Shown in pieces: positions 46,575 to 56,208 of a stretch of DNA of 64,000 nucleotides. Both the position numbers and the translations under genes were made by a program. The first letter of the stretch is position 1; the number at the start of each line of letters is the position of its first letter. The notes under the pieces are model-generated. The model had not been told where the DNA came from. It saw only the letters and a program-made list of their open reading frames with translations, and searched no databases. The stretch is from assembly GCA_903896745.1 (NCBI GenBank), contig CAITZA010000221.1:1041-65040 (forward strand). The letters are read 5' to 3'. This DNA is from an uncultured Desulfomonile sp. GTDB taxonomy: Bacteria > Desulfobacterota > Desulfomonilia > Desulfomonilales > Desulfomonilaceae.

Positions 46575-48944
46575 ATGGGAGACAAACTGGTCTTAGCGCT
46601 CGCTGGAAATCCTAACGCTGGAAAGACTACGATATTCAACGCCTTGACAGGGGCTCGTCAGCATGTTGGAAACTGGCCCGGCGTGACGGTAGAAAAAAAG
46701 GAAGGTTCACTTAAGCACAAAGGGCGTTCTGTCCATGTTGTTGACCTCCCGGGAACCTATTCTTTAACCGCTTTTTCACTTGAAGAAATAATAGCCCGGA
46801 ATTTCATAGTGGATGAAGGTCCGGATATTGTAATCAATGTTGTTGACGCTTCGAATCTTGAGCGAAATCTATATCTGACCGTCCAGTTGCTTGAAATGGG
46901 CTGCAAGCTGGTGATAGCGCTCAACATGATAGATGTGGCATCCTCCAAAGGAATTGACATCAATATCCAAGAACTTGCCGAACTATTCGGGGCGCCGGTA
47001 ATAGCTACAAATGGCAAACGTGGAGTAGGCCTTGAAGACCTTCTGGATACGACCCTATCCGAAGCTGCTAACCCCGACTCCCAGAAGGATTTGTTATCCT
47101 TAAATTATGGTATTGAGATAGAAGAAGAGCTTGAAAAGGTTGAACTTGAACTCCAAAAAGCCGGCTTTCACGATACATTCCTTTCAAACAGGTGGCTTTC
47201 TATAAAGCTTCTGGAAGCTGACGCGGAAATATCCAAGAAAATTCATTCTCATCCTGATCATTCCAGAATTTTCGATCAGGTAGATAAAAGTCGCAAGCAC
47301 CTAAGCGGCATTTTTGGAGACAGCCCTGAAATTTTGCTGGCTGATGCGCGATACGGTTTTATTTCGGGAGCTGTAAAGGTTTCTGTAAAGGTTGAGCGTA
47401 AGGATCGAGTAGATATAAGCCAGCAGATCGACAGGGCGCTTACGGATAGATTTCTGGGTCCTATCATACTTCTGGCAGTTTTATATTCTGTATACATGGT
47501 TACCTTTCAGGGTAGCGAGCCTTTGGTAAAGTATTTTGAATTATTTTTCAAATGGCTCAGCGGGGTTGTTTCAGAGCTTCTCCCGGAAGGTTTGCTCAAA
47601 TCGCTCATTGTGAGTGGAATAATTGATGGGGTTGGAGGCGTTTTAGGTTTTACTCCTTTGATCGCTTTTATGTTCCTGACTATAGCCATACTGGAAGATA
47701 CCGGATACATGGCCAGAATAGCATTCATGCTGGATCGTGTGTTGAAGGGGTTTGGATTACATGGCGCATCGATGCTGGCATTGATGGTCTCTGGTGGAAT
47801 AGCCGGTGGATGTGCCGTGCCTGGAATAATGGCCACCAGGACCATGAAAGAACCCAAAGAGCGTCTTGTCACGATACTGGTGGCCCCCCTTATGAACTGC
47901 GGCGCCAAGCTGCCAGTTTACGCCCTGCTGATAGGCGCTTTTTTTTCTGGCTCAAAAGCCAGCATAATGTTTTTATTGACCATAATTTCCTGGGGCTTGG
48001 CTCTTCTGGCAGGCAAAATTATTCGATCCACAGTTCTAAAAGGACCGTCCGCTCCGTTTGTCCTGGAGCTCCCTCCGTATAGAATACCTACATTCAAGGG
48101 TTTAATCATTCACACTTGGGAGAGGACCTGGATGTATGTCCGAAAAGCCGGGACTTCAATATTGGCGGTTTCTATAGTGATTTGGGCTATGATGACGTTT
48201 CCGGACATGCCGGAGGAAAGACAAAAATATTTTGACGATCAATTGTCCCGGGCTACTGACATTTTTTTGAAAGAGCCCGGAGTTGGCGATTATTTCGCCT
48301 CATATCAGGATATAGAAGCTTTTGAAGATTATCAGAAACACTTTGAAGGAAAAAAGAGAAAGGAACTTGAAAAAAGTAACCCTCGTTTCGCCTCGCTAGC
48401 GATCGCTATGGAAGGAACAAGCTCGACGGTAAGGTCCAAAGCTGAGGTGGAGGCGGCTACTCTTTCCACTGCGCAGAATTATCTGAATTTCAAAAAATCC
48501 AGGTTAATGCTGGAAAGTGAAAAACAGCGTGAAAAGCTTCGACACACTGTTGGCGGAAGGTTTGGCACGGCTCTGGAATATGTAACCAAGCCACTGGGGT
48601 TTGACTGGCGAACCAATGTGGCTTTGGTGGGAGGATTTGCGGCGAAGGAAGTGGTAGTTTCAACTTTGGGAACTGCTTATAGCCTCGGAGAGATAGATCC
48701 TGAGCAGGCTGGGGACTTGTCCGAGCAACTTAGGAATGAACCGGGCTGGAATCCTTTGATGGCTTTCACACTCATAATGTTCGTGATGCTTTACGCTCCA
48801 TGTTTCGTCACATTGGTTGTCATCAGAAGAGAAACGGGAAAATGGCGCTGGACATTCTTCGCCATGATTTACACGACTACATTGGCTTACTGCGTAGCTT
48901 TTATTGTAAGATCAGTCGGTTTATTTTTAGGCTTAGGGGTATAA
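46575..48944 (+). CDS. feoB: Ferrous iron transporter FeoB
   Basis: It has a G-domain (GNPNAGKTT, DLPGTYS, NMID) and a polytopic gate domain. The start MGDKLVLAL has a GAGG RBS. Confidence 0.95.
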   Translation: MGDKLVLALAGNPNAGKTTIFNALTGARQHVGNWPGVTVEKKEGSLKHKGRSVHVVDLPGTYSLTAFSLEEIIARNFIVDEGPDIVINVVDASNLERNLYLTVQLLEMGCKLVIALNMIDVASSKGIDINIQELAELFGAPVIATNGKRGVGLEDLLDTTLSEAANPDSQKDLLSLNYGIEIEEELEKVELELQKAGFHDTFLSNRWLSIKLLEADAEISKKIHSHPDHSRIFDQVDKSRKHLSGIFGDSPEILLADARYGFISGAVKVSVKVERKDRVDISQQIDRALTDRFLGPIILLAVLYSVYMVTFQGSEPLVKYFELFFKWLSGVVSELLPEGLLKSLIVSGIIDGVGGVLGFTPLIAFMFLTIAILEDTGYMARIAFMLDRVLKGFGLHGASMLALMVSGGIAGGCAVPGIMATRTMKEPKERLVTILVAPLMNCGAKLPVYALLIGAFFSGSKASIMFLLTIISWGLALLAGKIIRSTVLKGPSAPFVLELPPYRIPTFKGLIIHTWERTWMYVRKAGTSILAVSIVIWAMMTFPDMPEERQKYFDDQLSRATDIFLKEPGVGDYFASYQDIEAFEDYQKHFEGKKRKELEKSNPRFASLAIAMEGTSSTVRSKAEVEAATLSTAQNYLNFKKSRLMLESEKQREKLRHTVGGRFGTALEYVTKPLGFDWRTNVALVGGFAAKEVVVSTLGTAYSLGEIDPEQAGDLSEQLRNEPGWNPLMAFTLIMFVMLYAPCFVTLVVIRRETGKWRWTFFAMIYTTTLAYCVAFIVRSVGLFLGLGV

Positions 48945-48972
48945 GGACTTTATTTTGAGTCAGGAATTAACC

Positions 48973-49140
48973 ATGGAAAATATTATCGTAACTGTCATTG
49001 TAATTCTGGCTGCCGGATTCTTGATACGAAAATACTGGAACAGCTATAGTAATGCAAAAAACAAGGGTTCCGGATGCGATTCGTGCGATTGCAGGAAATG
49101 TGGCCTTACTGAAGATAATTGTTCATCTCACAAATTTTAA
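48973..49140 (+). CDS. FeoB-associated Cys-rich membrane protein
   Basis: MENIIVTVIVILAAGFLIRKYW is a TM segment, followed by GSGCDSCDCRKCG. It lies immediately after feoB. Confidence 0.6.
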   Translation: MENIIVTVIVILAAGFLIRKYWNSYSNAKNKGSGCDSCDCRKCGLTEDNCSSHKF

Positions 49141-49261
49141 TTGGGAAGTCTACCTTTTTATTTATTTTTTTCAGGGATTGATGTTATACAGCGACCAATA
49201 TGAAAACTTTTTCAGGTTTAAGTAGTCAGAACGTCTGACACAAAATTAATTGGAGGTAACT

Positions 49262-49777
49262 TTGAAAATCAGATTCTGGTCGCTACCTTTGGTTTTAGTT
49301 TTAATCCTTGGTGGTCATGTTTTGGCAGCGGACGCACAAATAGAAAAAGAAATTCAGGATACCCTTAAGAATTACTCTGAGGCGTATGAAAAAAGAGATA
49401 TAAAGGCGATAATGAGTTTTTTTTCTACCGACCCCGGTGTGATCCTGATTGATGGAATTTCCGAGTTTCCCGTCGTAGGCCAGGAGCAGATAAAGACAAC
49501 ATTTGAGCGTGATTTCTCTCAGATACAGGCATCACGAATCGAATTTACAAAAACTTTTGTCAATGGCAAAGGTGAAACAGCGTGGTTCACCACTTCGCTA
49601 ATAGGGCACATCAAGGTTGAGAACCAGGAAAGTCCTATTCCCGCTCTATGGAGCGGCGTGATGCAAAAAATTGGTGGCAAATGGATAATTGTTCAATCAC
49701 ACTTTTCATACGTCCCGATTGTAGAATTTGAAGAAGGACCTCCTCCAGCTCCTGAAGCTCCTTCCCAGAAAAAATAA
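49262..49777 (+). CDS. Secreted SnoaL/NTF2-like (DUF4440-type) protein
   Basis: It has a signal peptide (MKIRFWSLPLVLVLILGGHVLAADA) and an NTF2-like pattern (YSEAYEKRDIKAIMSFFS...). The TTG start has a GGAGG RBS 5 nt upstream. Confidence 0.5.
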   Translation: MKIRFWSLPLVLVLILGGHVLAADAQIEKEIQDTLKNYSEAYEKRDIKAIMSFFSTDPGVILIDGISEFPVVGQEQIKTTFERDFSQIQASRIEFTKTFVNGKGETAWFTTSLIGHIKVENQESPIPALWSGVMQKIGGKWIIVQSHFSYVPIVEFEEGPPPAPEAPSQKK

Positions 49778-49794
49778 TAATTTTTTATGTCCGG

Positions 49795-49832
49795 ATGAGC
49801 TCGAAATCCATTAGTCAAGGGACCGAGCTCAT
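49795..49832. terminator. Hairpin between convergent genes (candidate bidirectional terminator)
   Basis: A 9-bp stem ATGAGCTCG (49795-49803) / CGAGCTCAT (49824-49832) overlaps the lepA stop codon. A T-run lies upstream on the plus strand. Confidence 0.35.
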
Positions 49833-51628
49833 TCATCCTCATCAGTCTTCAAAACCGCAAGAAATGCAGACTGTGGTATTACGACATTCCCCACCTGTTT
49901 CATGCGTTTCTTGCCTTCTTTTTGTTTTTCAAGTAGTTTTTTCTTACGCGTTATGTCTCCACCATAACATTTGGCGGTAACATCTTTCCTCAATGCGCTG
50001 ACCGTTTCCCTAGCTATTATTTTCCCGCCAATAGCTCCCTGAATGGCAATTTTGAACAACTGCCGAGGTATTTCGTCCTTCAGTTTTTCACATGATTTTC
50101 TGGCTCTCTGGAAAGCTCTGTCCTTATGAACAAGCATTGACAATGCGTCTACTTTCTCACTTGATACCAATATATCCACTTTTACCAGATCGGTTGGCCT
50201 GTACTCCAGGAATTCATAGTCAAAGGAAGCATAACCTCTCGAAATTGATTTAAGTTTGTCATAGAAATCAAAGAGCACTTCCGAAAGGGGTAGTTCAAAA
50301 ACAAGTTCTACACGCCCCGTATCCAGATAAGCCATGTCCCTCTGAACACCCCTGCGATCAATGCATAAGGAAATGACTGATCCGAGGTACTGGTCCGGTA
50401 ATATTATTGAGGCTTTTATAAATGGCTCTTTGGTTTTATCAATGGAAACGGGATCGGGATACTTGGCTGGATTGTCTATCATAATTTCGGAGCCGTCTTT
50501 TAGAGTCAGCAAGTATTGGACGGACGGGGCCGTCAGGATGAGAGACAACCCAAATTCCCGCTCCAGTCTCTCCTGAACCACTTCCAAGTGCAAAAGTCCC
50601 AGGAAGCCACACCTGAAACCATGTCCCAAAGCTGTGGAATGATCCTTGTCAAATGTCAGTGAAGCGTCATTGAGTTTTAATTTTTCCAAAGCTTCGGCAA
50701 GTTCCTGATAGTCATCAGACGAGATCGGATAAAAGGAGGAAAACACAACCGGCTTAACTAGTTGGAATCCTTTCAGAGCAGTTTCACACGGATTTTCGTC
50801 AAGGGTTACTGTATCACCTATTCGCGTATCACTTACAGTTTTTATCCCGGCTATTATGTAACCCACCTCACCGGCAAGAAGTTTCTTTACAGGTTTTCTC
50901 TCTATGAGAAAGACGCCTGTCTCTTCAACCCGGTAAACAGCTCCCGTTGACCATAACCTTATATTGTCTCCCTGTTTCAATTGTCCGTCAAAAACCCTGA
51001 TGTGTACTATGGTTCCTCGATAAGGATCCCAGTGAGAATCAAAAATAAGCGCCTTCAATGGCATGTCCTGGTCGCCTTTGGGGGGAGGCGTCAACTCTAC
51101 TACGGCTTCGAGGACTTCTTCTATTCCTGTTCCCTCTTTCGCCGAGACAAGAATGGCGGTTTCAGGGTCCAAACCCAAATCTTTGTCTATTTGATGTTTG
51201 ACCCTATCAATGTCTGCAGCGGGAAGATCTATTTTGTTAATTATTGGTATTATTTCCAGATCCTGTTCGACAGCCATGTAAAAATTTGCCAGGGTCTGAG
51301 CCTGAATGCCCTGACATGCGTCGATAACAAGCAAAGCTCCTTCACATGAAACCAATGCCCTGGATACTTCGTATGAAAAATCGGCGTGACCCGGAGTATC
51401 AATCAGATTCAGGGTATATAATTTGCCATTTTTAGCCTTATAAGGGAGAGCTACTGTCTGGCTCTTGATGGTGATTCCGCGCTCTCTTTCAATATCCATG
51501 GTGTCAAGCATCTGATCGTGAAATTCATGATCTCCAACCACACCTGTTATCTGCAGAAGCCGGTCCGCGAGTGTCGATTTGCCGTGATCAATGTGCGCTA
51601 TTATGCAAAAATTCCTGAGATGATCCAT
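49829..51628 (-). CDS. lepA: Elongation factor 4
   Basis: The ORF is 599 aa. It has [33 protein letters not shown] and the conserved LepA C-terminal domain. Confidence 0.95.
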   Translation of the reverse strand: MDHLRNFCIIAHIDHGKSTLADRLLQITGVVGDHEFHDQMLDTMDIERERGITIKSQTVALPYKAKNGKLYTLNLIDTPGHADFSYEVSRALVSCEGALLVIDACQGIQAQTLANFYMAVEQDLEIIPIINKIDLPAADIDRVKHQIDKDLGLDPETAILVSAKEGTGIEEVLEAVVELTPPPKGDQDMPLKALIFDSHWDPYRGTIVHIRVFDGQLKQGDNIRLWSTGAVYRVEETGVFLIERKPVKKLLAGEVGYIIAGIKTVSDTRIGDTVTLDENPCETALKGFQLVKPVVFSSFYPISSDDYQELAEALEKLKLNDASLTFDKDHSTALGHGFRCGFLGLLHLEVVQERLEREFGLSLILTAPSVQYLLTLKDGSEIMIDNPAKYPDPVSIDKTKEPFIKASIILPDQYLGSVISLCIDRRGVQRDMAYLDTGRVELVFELPLSEVLFDFYDKLKSISRGYASFDYEFLEYRPTDLVKVDILVSSEKVDALSMLVHKDRAFQRARKSCEKLKDEIPRQLFKIAIQGAIGGKIIARETVSALRKDVTAKCYGGDITRKKKLLEKQKEGKKRMKQVGNVVIPQSAFLAVLKTDEDE

Positions 51629-51747
51629 AAAAGGTCTCCGTTGAGGCCGTTAGTAACAAGATAATGATTGACCATTCATGACTGCCGGCGCCAACGGTCC
51701 GTTTTTGGTAAGCGCCGGGAATTCCTGATCGATTATTTTGCCAAATG

Positions 51748-53295
51748 TTACTTGGGCAATGATTTTTGATCCAATTTATAGATGAGCCCTCTTGGAGTCA
51801 ACATGACTATGTCGTCTCCTTTTCTAACCGGTCCTATGGCATCTGGTTCCGGAGGATCAAATGATGAATATGAGGCGGACAGCAAGTCTCTTCCGGAGAC
51901 TAGTTTTTTGAGTGAAGCCACATATAATATGGAATTGAGGGGAGATTTATTAAGTTCTACTACTGTGTCACCGGCGACTTCCAGACCTGAGGGGAAACCA
52001 CCGTTAATATAGTATGTTATTAGTCCACCTAAAATATATCCTTTCCTTATGGCCAGTTCAGGATCAATAATGTATGTTTTCCTGGTATATAAATAATTGG
52101 CGGCAAGCCACACCGTCCTGCCTTCCCATTTTGCGGTATTCATCGCTGTAACTCTCAGGTATCCGAGAGGCAAAGTCAATGTAGTGACCGCTTTTCTTGT
52201 TCTAAATGATTCCTCGATATCCAACCCCATCAACAATCTTGTAGAATTATCCGCTACAAGTAAAACGTTATCGTATACAGGCAACGTCCTGAAACACGGC
52301 TGTATGTATGCGGGCGCCTCAAATGATTCCGGAATTTGGCCGTTTTTAATGGGGTCAATCCTGCGCACCTCTATTTTTTCGTTTTCGCGCCTTAACAGCA
52401 ACAGAAACTTGTCGGACGCTGCCCCAAAGCCCAATATTTCAACAGGTTCATCGGGATCTATTATTTGAGCCTGCCTTTCCCAGCTTAACACGGCATCAGG
52501 CCTCGAGAGAATAGCCCTGATCGGAATCCAGTTACCCCAAACCAAAATAAGAGCTAAAACCATAATAGGAACCAGAACATTTACTGCGTAGTTCAATTTG
52601 CTCGAATACACATCCTCTTCGGAAAAACGAACCACCGTATCGAATTTCTTGCGTATCCCACCTTTTAGTCTGACATATCCCACTATTACTTCGATAGCCA
52701 TTATCACCGAGAAAAAAGCCATTAACTCGTAAAAGTAATTGTGATTGGTAAAAGCCCAGACTCCATAAATTATGTACAGAAAATATTTGCTGGTAATGGT
52801 GATACGGGCTTTTAGGCCCATAACATTTATGATTACTCCAAAGACAACCACTATCAGATATAATGTCACGTATAGGGCGCCAACCAGCGGTTCAACGAGG
52901 TGATGAAAAATGGCGAGCATTGCCACCACCACCATTCCAAACTGATCACATACCAGGTCTGTAAATGCTCCCGACTGGGAGGCTTTCCCCGTATTTCTGG
53001 CATAAGCCCCATCCAGACCATCACAGACTATGTGGCAAAGCAAGAAAATTGCGGCCAGCCACGGCTTGCGCACAAAATAAAGTATTACCCCTGCCAATAA
53101 AGAGATACCGACGTAGGAAATCGTGTCCGGAACTAGCCCCAGTTTAAGCGCCGGCGGGAAGATAGCGGAGGTTAGTCTGGTCCTTTTTTCGGCAAACCAG
53201 AGCTGAAGTTTCTTTTCCCTCCCGAAATAGTTAAGAAATTCGCGTGAGTTATGGGCTTTGGTCAATCCTTCGTTTTGATCCGGTTTTTCTGGCAT
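51748..53295 (-). CDS. CDP-alcohol phosphatidyltransferase fused to an unknown extracytoplasmic domain of about 260 aa
   Basis: CDGLDGAYARNTGKASQSGAFTDLVCD matches D-x2-DG-x2-AR-x8-G-x3-D-x3-D perfectly. About 7 TM segments are followed by a beta-rich C-terminal domain with no motif I recognise. Confidence 0.75.
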   Translation of the reverse strand: MPEKPDQNEGLTKAHNSREFLNYFGREKKLQLWFAEKRTRLTSAIFPPALKLGLVPDTISYVGISLLAGVILYFVRKPWLAAIFLLCHIVCDGLDGAYARNTGKASQSGAFTDLVCDQFGMVVVAMLAIFHHLVEPLVGALYVTLYLIVVVFGVIINVMGLKARITITSKYFLYIIYGVWAFTNHNYFYELMAFFSVIMAIEVIVGYVRLKGGIRKKFDTVVRFSEEDVYSSKLNYAVNVLVPIMVLALILVWGNWIPIRAILSRPDAVLSWERQAQIIDPDEPVEILGFGAASDKFLLLLRRENEKIEVRRIDPIKNGQIPESFEAPAYIQPCFRTLPVYDNVLLVADNSTRLLMGLDIEESFRTRKAVTTLTLPLGYLRVTAMNTAKWEGRTVWLAANYLYTRKTYIIDPELAIRKGYILGGLITYYINGGFPSGLEVAGDTVVELNKSPLNSILYVASLKKLVSGRDLLSASYSSFDPPEPDAIGPVRKGDDIVMLTPRGLIYKLDQKSLPK

Positions 53296-53382
53296 GCGTA
53301 TAGTGACTCATTTCGGCTTCTAAATTCAACAGAGATTCTTTTTATAAGGTCTGTGTAAAATCGATTATCGGGATATCTCAGG

Positions 53383-53823
53383 CTAAAACTGTAAATGCGC
53401 TTTTATTAGCTCCGCGTTTTCCTTCACTGACTCCATGGTTCCGGGTTTAGGTTCCCACGCGCTTATAGTCAAGCCGTCTCCAAACCATCGTGGAGTAACA
53501 TGCATGTGCAAATGAGGAACCACCTGATTGGCTGCTTTACCGTTTAATTGCATAATATTTACGCCATCAGGCTTAAGGGATTTATTTATAGCTGACGCAA
53601 TTCTCGCTGCTATTCCGGATATCAAAGCGTAATCTTCCGGCGATATATCAAATATATTTTCAGCATGCTCCTTGGGGATCACCAGGGTATGTCCCGGACT
53701 CAGCGGGTTGATATCCATGAATGCCAGTATCTTTGCATTTTCATATACTTTTATGCACGGTATGATCCCATCCACTATCTTGCAAAAAATACAGTTCCCA
53801 TCTTTATTCATTTCGTACTCCAT
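53383..53823 (-). CDS. HIT-family nucleotide hydrolase/transferase
   Basis: It has CIFCKI and the histidine triad HLHMHV. Confidence 0.85.
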   Translation of the reverse strand: MEYEMNKDGNCIFCKIVDGIIPCIKVYENAKILAFMDINPLSPGHTLVIPKEHAENIFDISPEDYALISGIAARIASAINKSLKPDGVNIMQLNGKAANQVVPHLHMHVTPRWFGDGLTISAWEPKPGTMESVKENAELIKAHLQF

Positions 53824-53871
53824 GAATACCTGCGTAACAGCGCTTGCAGAATTTAAATTTGTTAGACGTTC

Positions 53872-54834
53872 CTATGACTCATCTATGCCTTCGAACAGCG
53901 CCGAGCTCAAATATCTTTCTCCAGCGCTAGGAAGAACTACTACGATGGTTTTTTTCTGGAATTCCTTTCGACTGGCGATCCTCAACGCTGCGCAAACTGC
54001 AGCGCCAGATGATATTCCACTCAACATGCCTTCTTTTCTAGCCAACATTCTGGAATATTCTATAGCTTCCTCACTGGAAACCTGCTGAACTTCATCGATT
54101 ACTGTCAGGTCCAGAACATCGGGAATAAAACCAGCGCCAATACCTTGAATCTTGTGGGGCCCCGGCATTGCCTGTTTACCTTGCAAGGTTTGTGAAATAA
54201 CCGGACTCTCTAATGGCTCAACAGCTACTGAAAATATTTTTTTGTTCATCCTGTTCTTAAGGAAACGAGAAACCCCTGTTATAGTGCCTCCAGTTCCTAC
54301 CCCACTGACAAACACTTCAATTTTACCCTCTGTTTGTTCCCAAATCTCAGGTCCTGTAGTTTCTTCATGAGCTAATGGATTTGCTGGATTCTTGAACTGT
54401 TGAGGCATGTAGAATTTTTTCGGGTCATTTTCAACCAGTTCCTCGGCTTTTTCCACCGCGCCCTTCATTCCTTTCGACCCATCAGTCAAAGCCAGACTGG
54501 CGCCAAACATCTTTAAAATTTTTCTTCTCTCCAGACTCATGGTTTCCGGCATAGTCAGGGTTAGCTTGTACCCTTTTATTGCACAAACATAGGCAAGTCC
54601 AATGCCTGTATTGCCACTGGTTGGTTCAACTATTTCAACTCCCTTTTTTAACAACCCCCTTTTTTCAGCATCGGCTACCATGTAAACGGCAATTCTATCC
54701 TTTACGGAATAAGCCGGGTTCCTCCCCTCTATTTTTGCCAGAATTGTAGCGTCAGTTTTGCCGATGATCTTGTTCAGTCTGACCAAAGGCGTTTTTCCCA
54801 TGGCTGCCACGTTGTCAATAAAGAATTTTTCCAT
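53872..54834 (-). CDS. cysK: Cysteine synthase A (O-acetylserine sulfhydrylase)
   Basis: It has the PLP-Lys context SVKDR plus TSGNTG and [10 protein letters not shown]. The ORF is 320 aa. Confidence 0.9.
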   Translation of the reverse strand: MEKFFIDNVAAMGKTPLVRLNKIIGKTDATILAKIEGRNPAYSVKDRIAVYMVADAEKRGLLKKGVEIVEPTSGNTGIGLAYVCAIKGYKLTLTMPETMSLERRKILKMFGASLALTDGSKGMKGAVEKAEELVENDPKKFYMPQQFKNPANPLAHEETTGPEIWEQTEGKIEVFVSGVGTGGTITGVSRFLKNRMNKKIFSVAVEPLESPVISQTLQGKQAMPGPHKIQGIGAGFIPDVLDLTVIDEVQQVSSEEAIEYSRMLARKEGMLSGISSGAAVCAALRIASRKEFQKKTIVVVLPSAGERYLSSALFEGIDES

Positions 54835-54867
54835 TTTTCCAACCTTGTTTTTGTTATGTCTGGCGTT

Positions 54868-55575
54868 TTAAGACTGATAAACAGTTGGGTCATCGACCCC
54901 TGCCTGTTCAAATCCGCGCCTTCTCAAGATACAGCTATCACAGTGCCCACATGCGTCCCCTGCCGGGTTAGGATCATAACATGATCTGGTCATGGAATAG
55001 TCCACTCCCAGCATAATTCCCGTTTTAATGATTTCAGATTTCGTTTTTCTCATTAATGGCGTATGAATCCTGATTGTCATCGTTCCTTCTATTGTTTTTT
55101 TCATCGCCACATTCGCCATTTTCTGAAAAGCTGAAATGAATTTTGGCCGACAATCGGGGTATCCCGAATAATCAAGCGCATTGACGCCAATAAATATGTG
55201 TTCGGCGTCAGTAACTTCAGCCCACGCAAGAGCTAGGGACAGAAAAACCGTATTCCTCGCAGGAACATATGTGATGGGTATGTCCACGCTATCCAGACTA
55301 GCATCCTTTGGAACCGGAATATTATCCGTAAGAGCCGAGCCACCTATCCGATCTAATGGCAAATCCAGTATCAGGTGATTAGAGACCCCCATTTGCCGGG
55401 CGATTTGACTTGCGGCCTTGAGTTCCACGCGATGTCTCTGATGATAATTGAAACTCAACGCGCTAACATCATACCCCTTCTGCATGGCTATCGCCAGGCA
55501 TGTCGTCGAATCCAGTCCTCCTGATAGAAGCACTATCGCTTTGTCGTGATCATTCTTGTGGACTTTTCGCATCAT
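54868..55575 (-). CDS. queC: 7-cyano-7-deazaguanine synthase
   Basis: It has the PP-loop LLSGGLDS and the C-terminal zinc motif C...CGHCDSC. Confidence 0.9.
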   Translation of the reverse strand: MMRKVHKNDHDKAIVLLSGGLDSTTCLAIAMQKGYDVSALSFNYHQRHRVELKAASQIARQMGVSNHLILDLPLDRIGGSALTDNIPVPKDASLDSVDIPITYVPARNTVFLSLALAWAEVTDAEHIFIGVNALDYSGYPDCRPKFISAFQKMANVAMKKTIEGTMTIRIHTPLMRKTKSEIIKTGIMLGVDYSMTRSCYDPNPAGDACGHCDSCILRRRGFEQAGVDDPTVYQS

Positions 55576-55600
55576 CGTTTAATCCCCTTTATCGGCCACC

Positions 55601-56158
55601 TCACGGTATATACCGAGAAATTTGTTCAGGCGAAAAATCCGTCAATGCGAAAATGGCGTCTTCCACTCTTTTTGTCTCTTCTTTCATCTCCATCAGTTTT
55701 TCCACTGCTAAGGCGGTTTTTCCATAAGTGTCTATCAAATACGCGAACCGATCTTCGAGGCTCACCAAACTGTCATGAACCACCCTTTTGTCCGCATAAA
55801 ACAGGACATGTTCCTCAGAAACCCGCTTGGAAACATCTGATCTAAGAACCACATGTTGAACTATGATTTCTCCTACCACTGAAAGGCCTTCATTCACAAG
55901 GATTTGCTCCCCAATGACATCATGAAACTTCTTTCCCTGGACTATGCTTGGATACTTCCCAATGTCATGCAACAAACATGACGCCCTAAGAAGATCCATG
56001 TCTAACTGAATATGAATCCGCACCTTTTCCCCTAAAAGCCGACCTACTTCCCACACCTTCCTGGAATGCATTATTATGTGATGTGGCGTATTGTATTTTT
56101 CCAGTAAGGAAATACAGCCCTGTTCATCCGGAATCGTATTTGCGGTCATCATCGTCAA
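55601..56158 (-). CDS. HD-domain phosphohydrolase
   Basis: It has H...HDIGK and a downstream D, and is 185 aa long. Confidence 0.7.
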   Translation of the reverse strand: MTMMTANTIPDEQGCISLLEKYNTPHHIIMHSRKVWEVGRLLGEKVRIHIQLDMDLLRASCLLHDIGKYPSIVQGKKFHDVIGEQILVNEGLSVVGEIIVQHVVLRSDVSKRVSEEHVLFYADKRVVHDSLVSLEDRFAYLIDTYGKTALAVEKLMEMKEETKRVEDAIFALTDFSPEQISRYIP

Positions 56159-56208
56159 TCTCTTGCCTGTTTTAATTCAAGACTGTTGAAAGACCTTTGA
56201 TTCATAAT

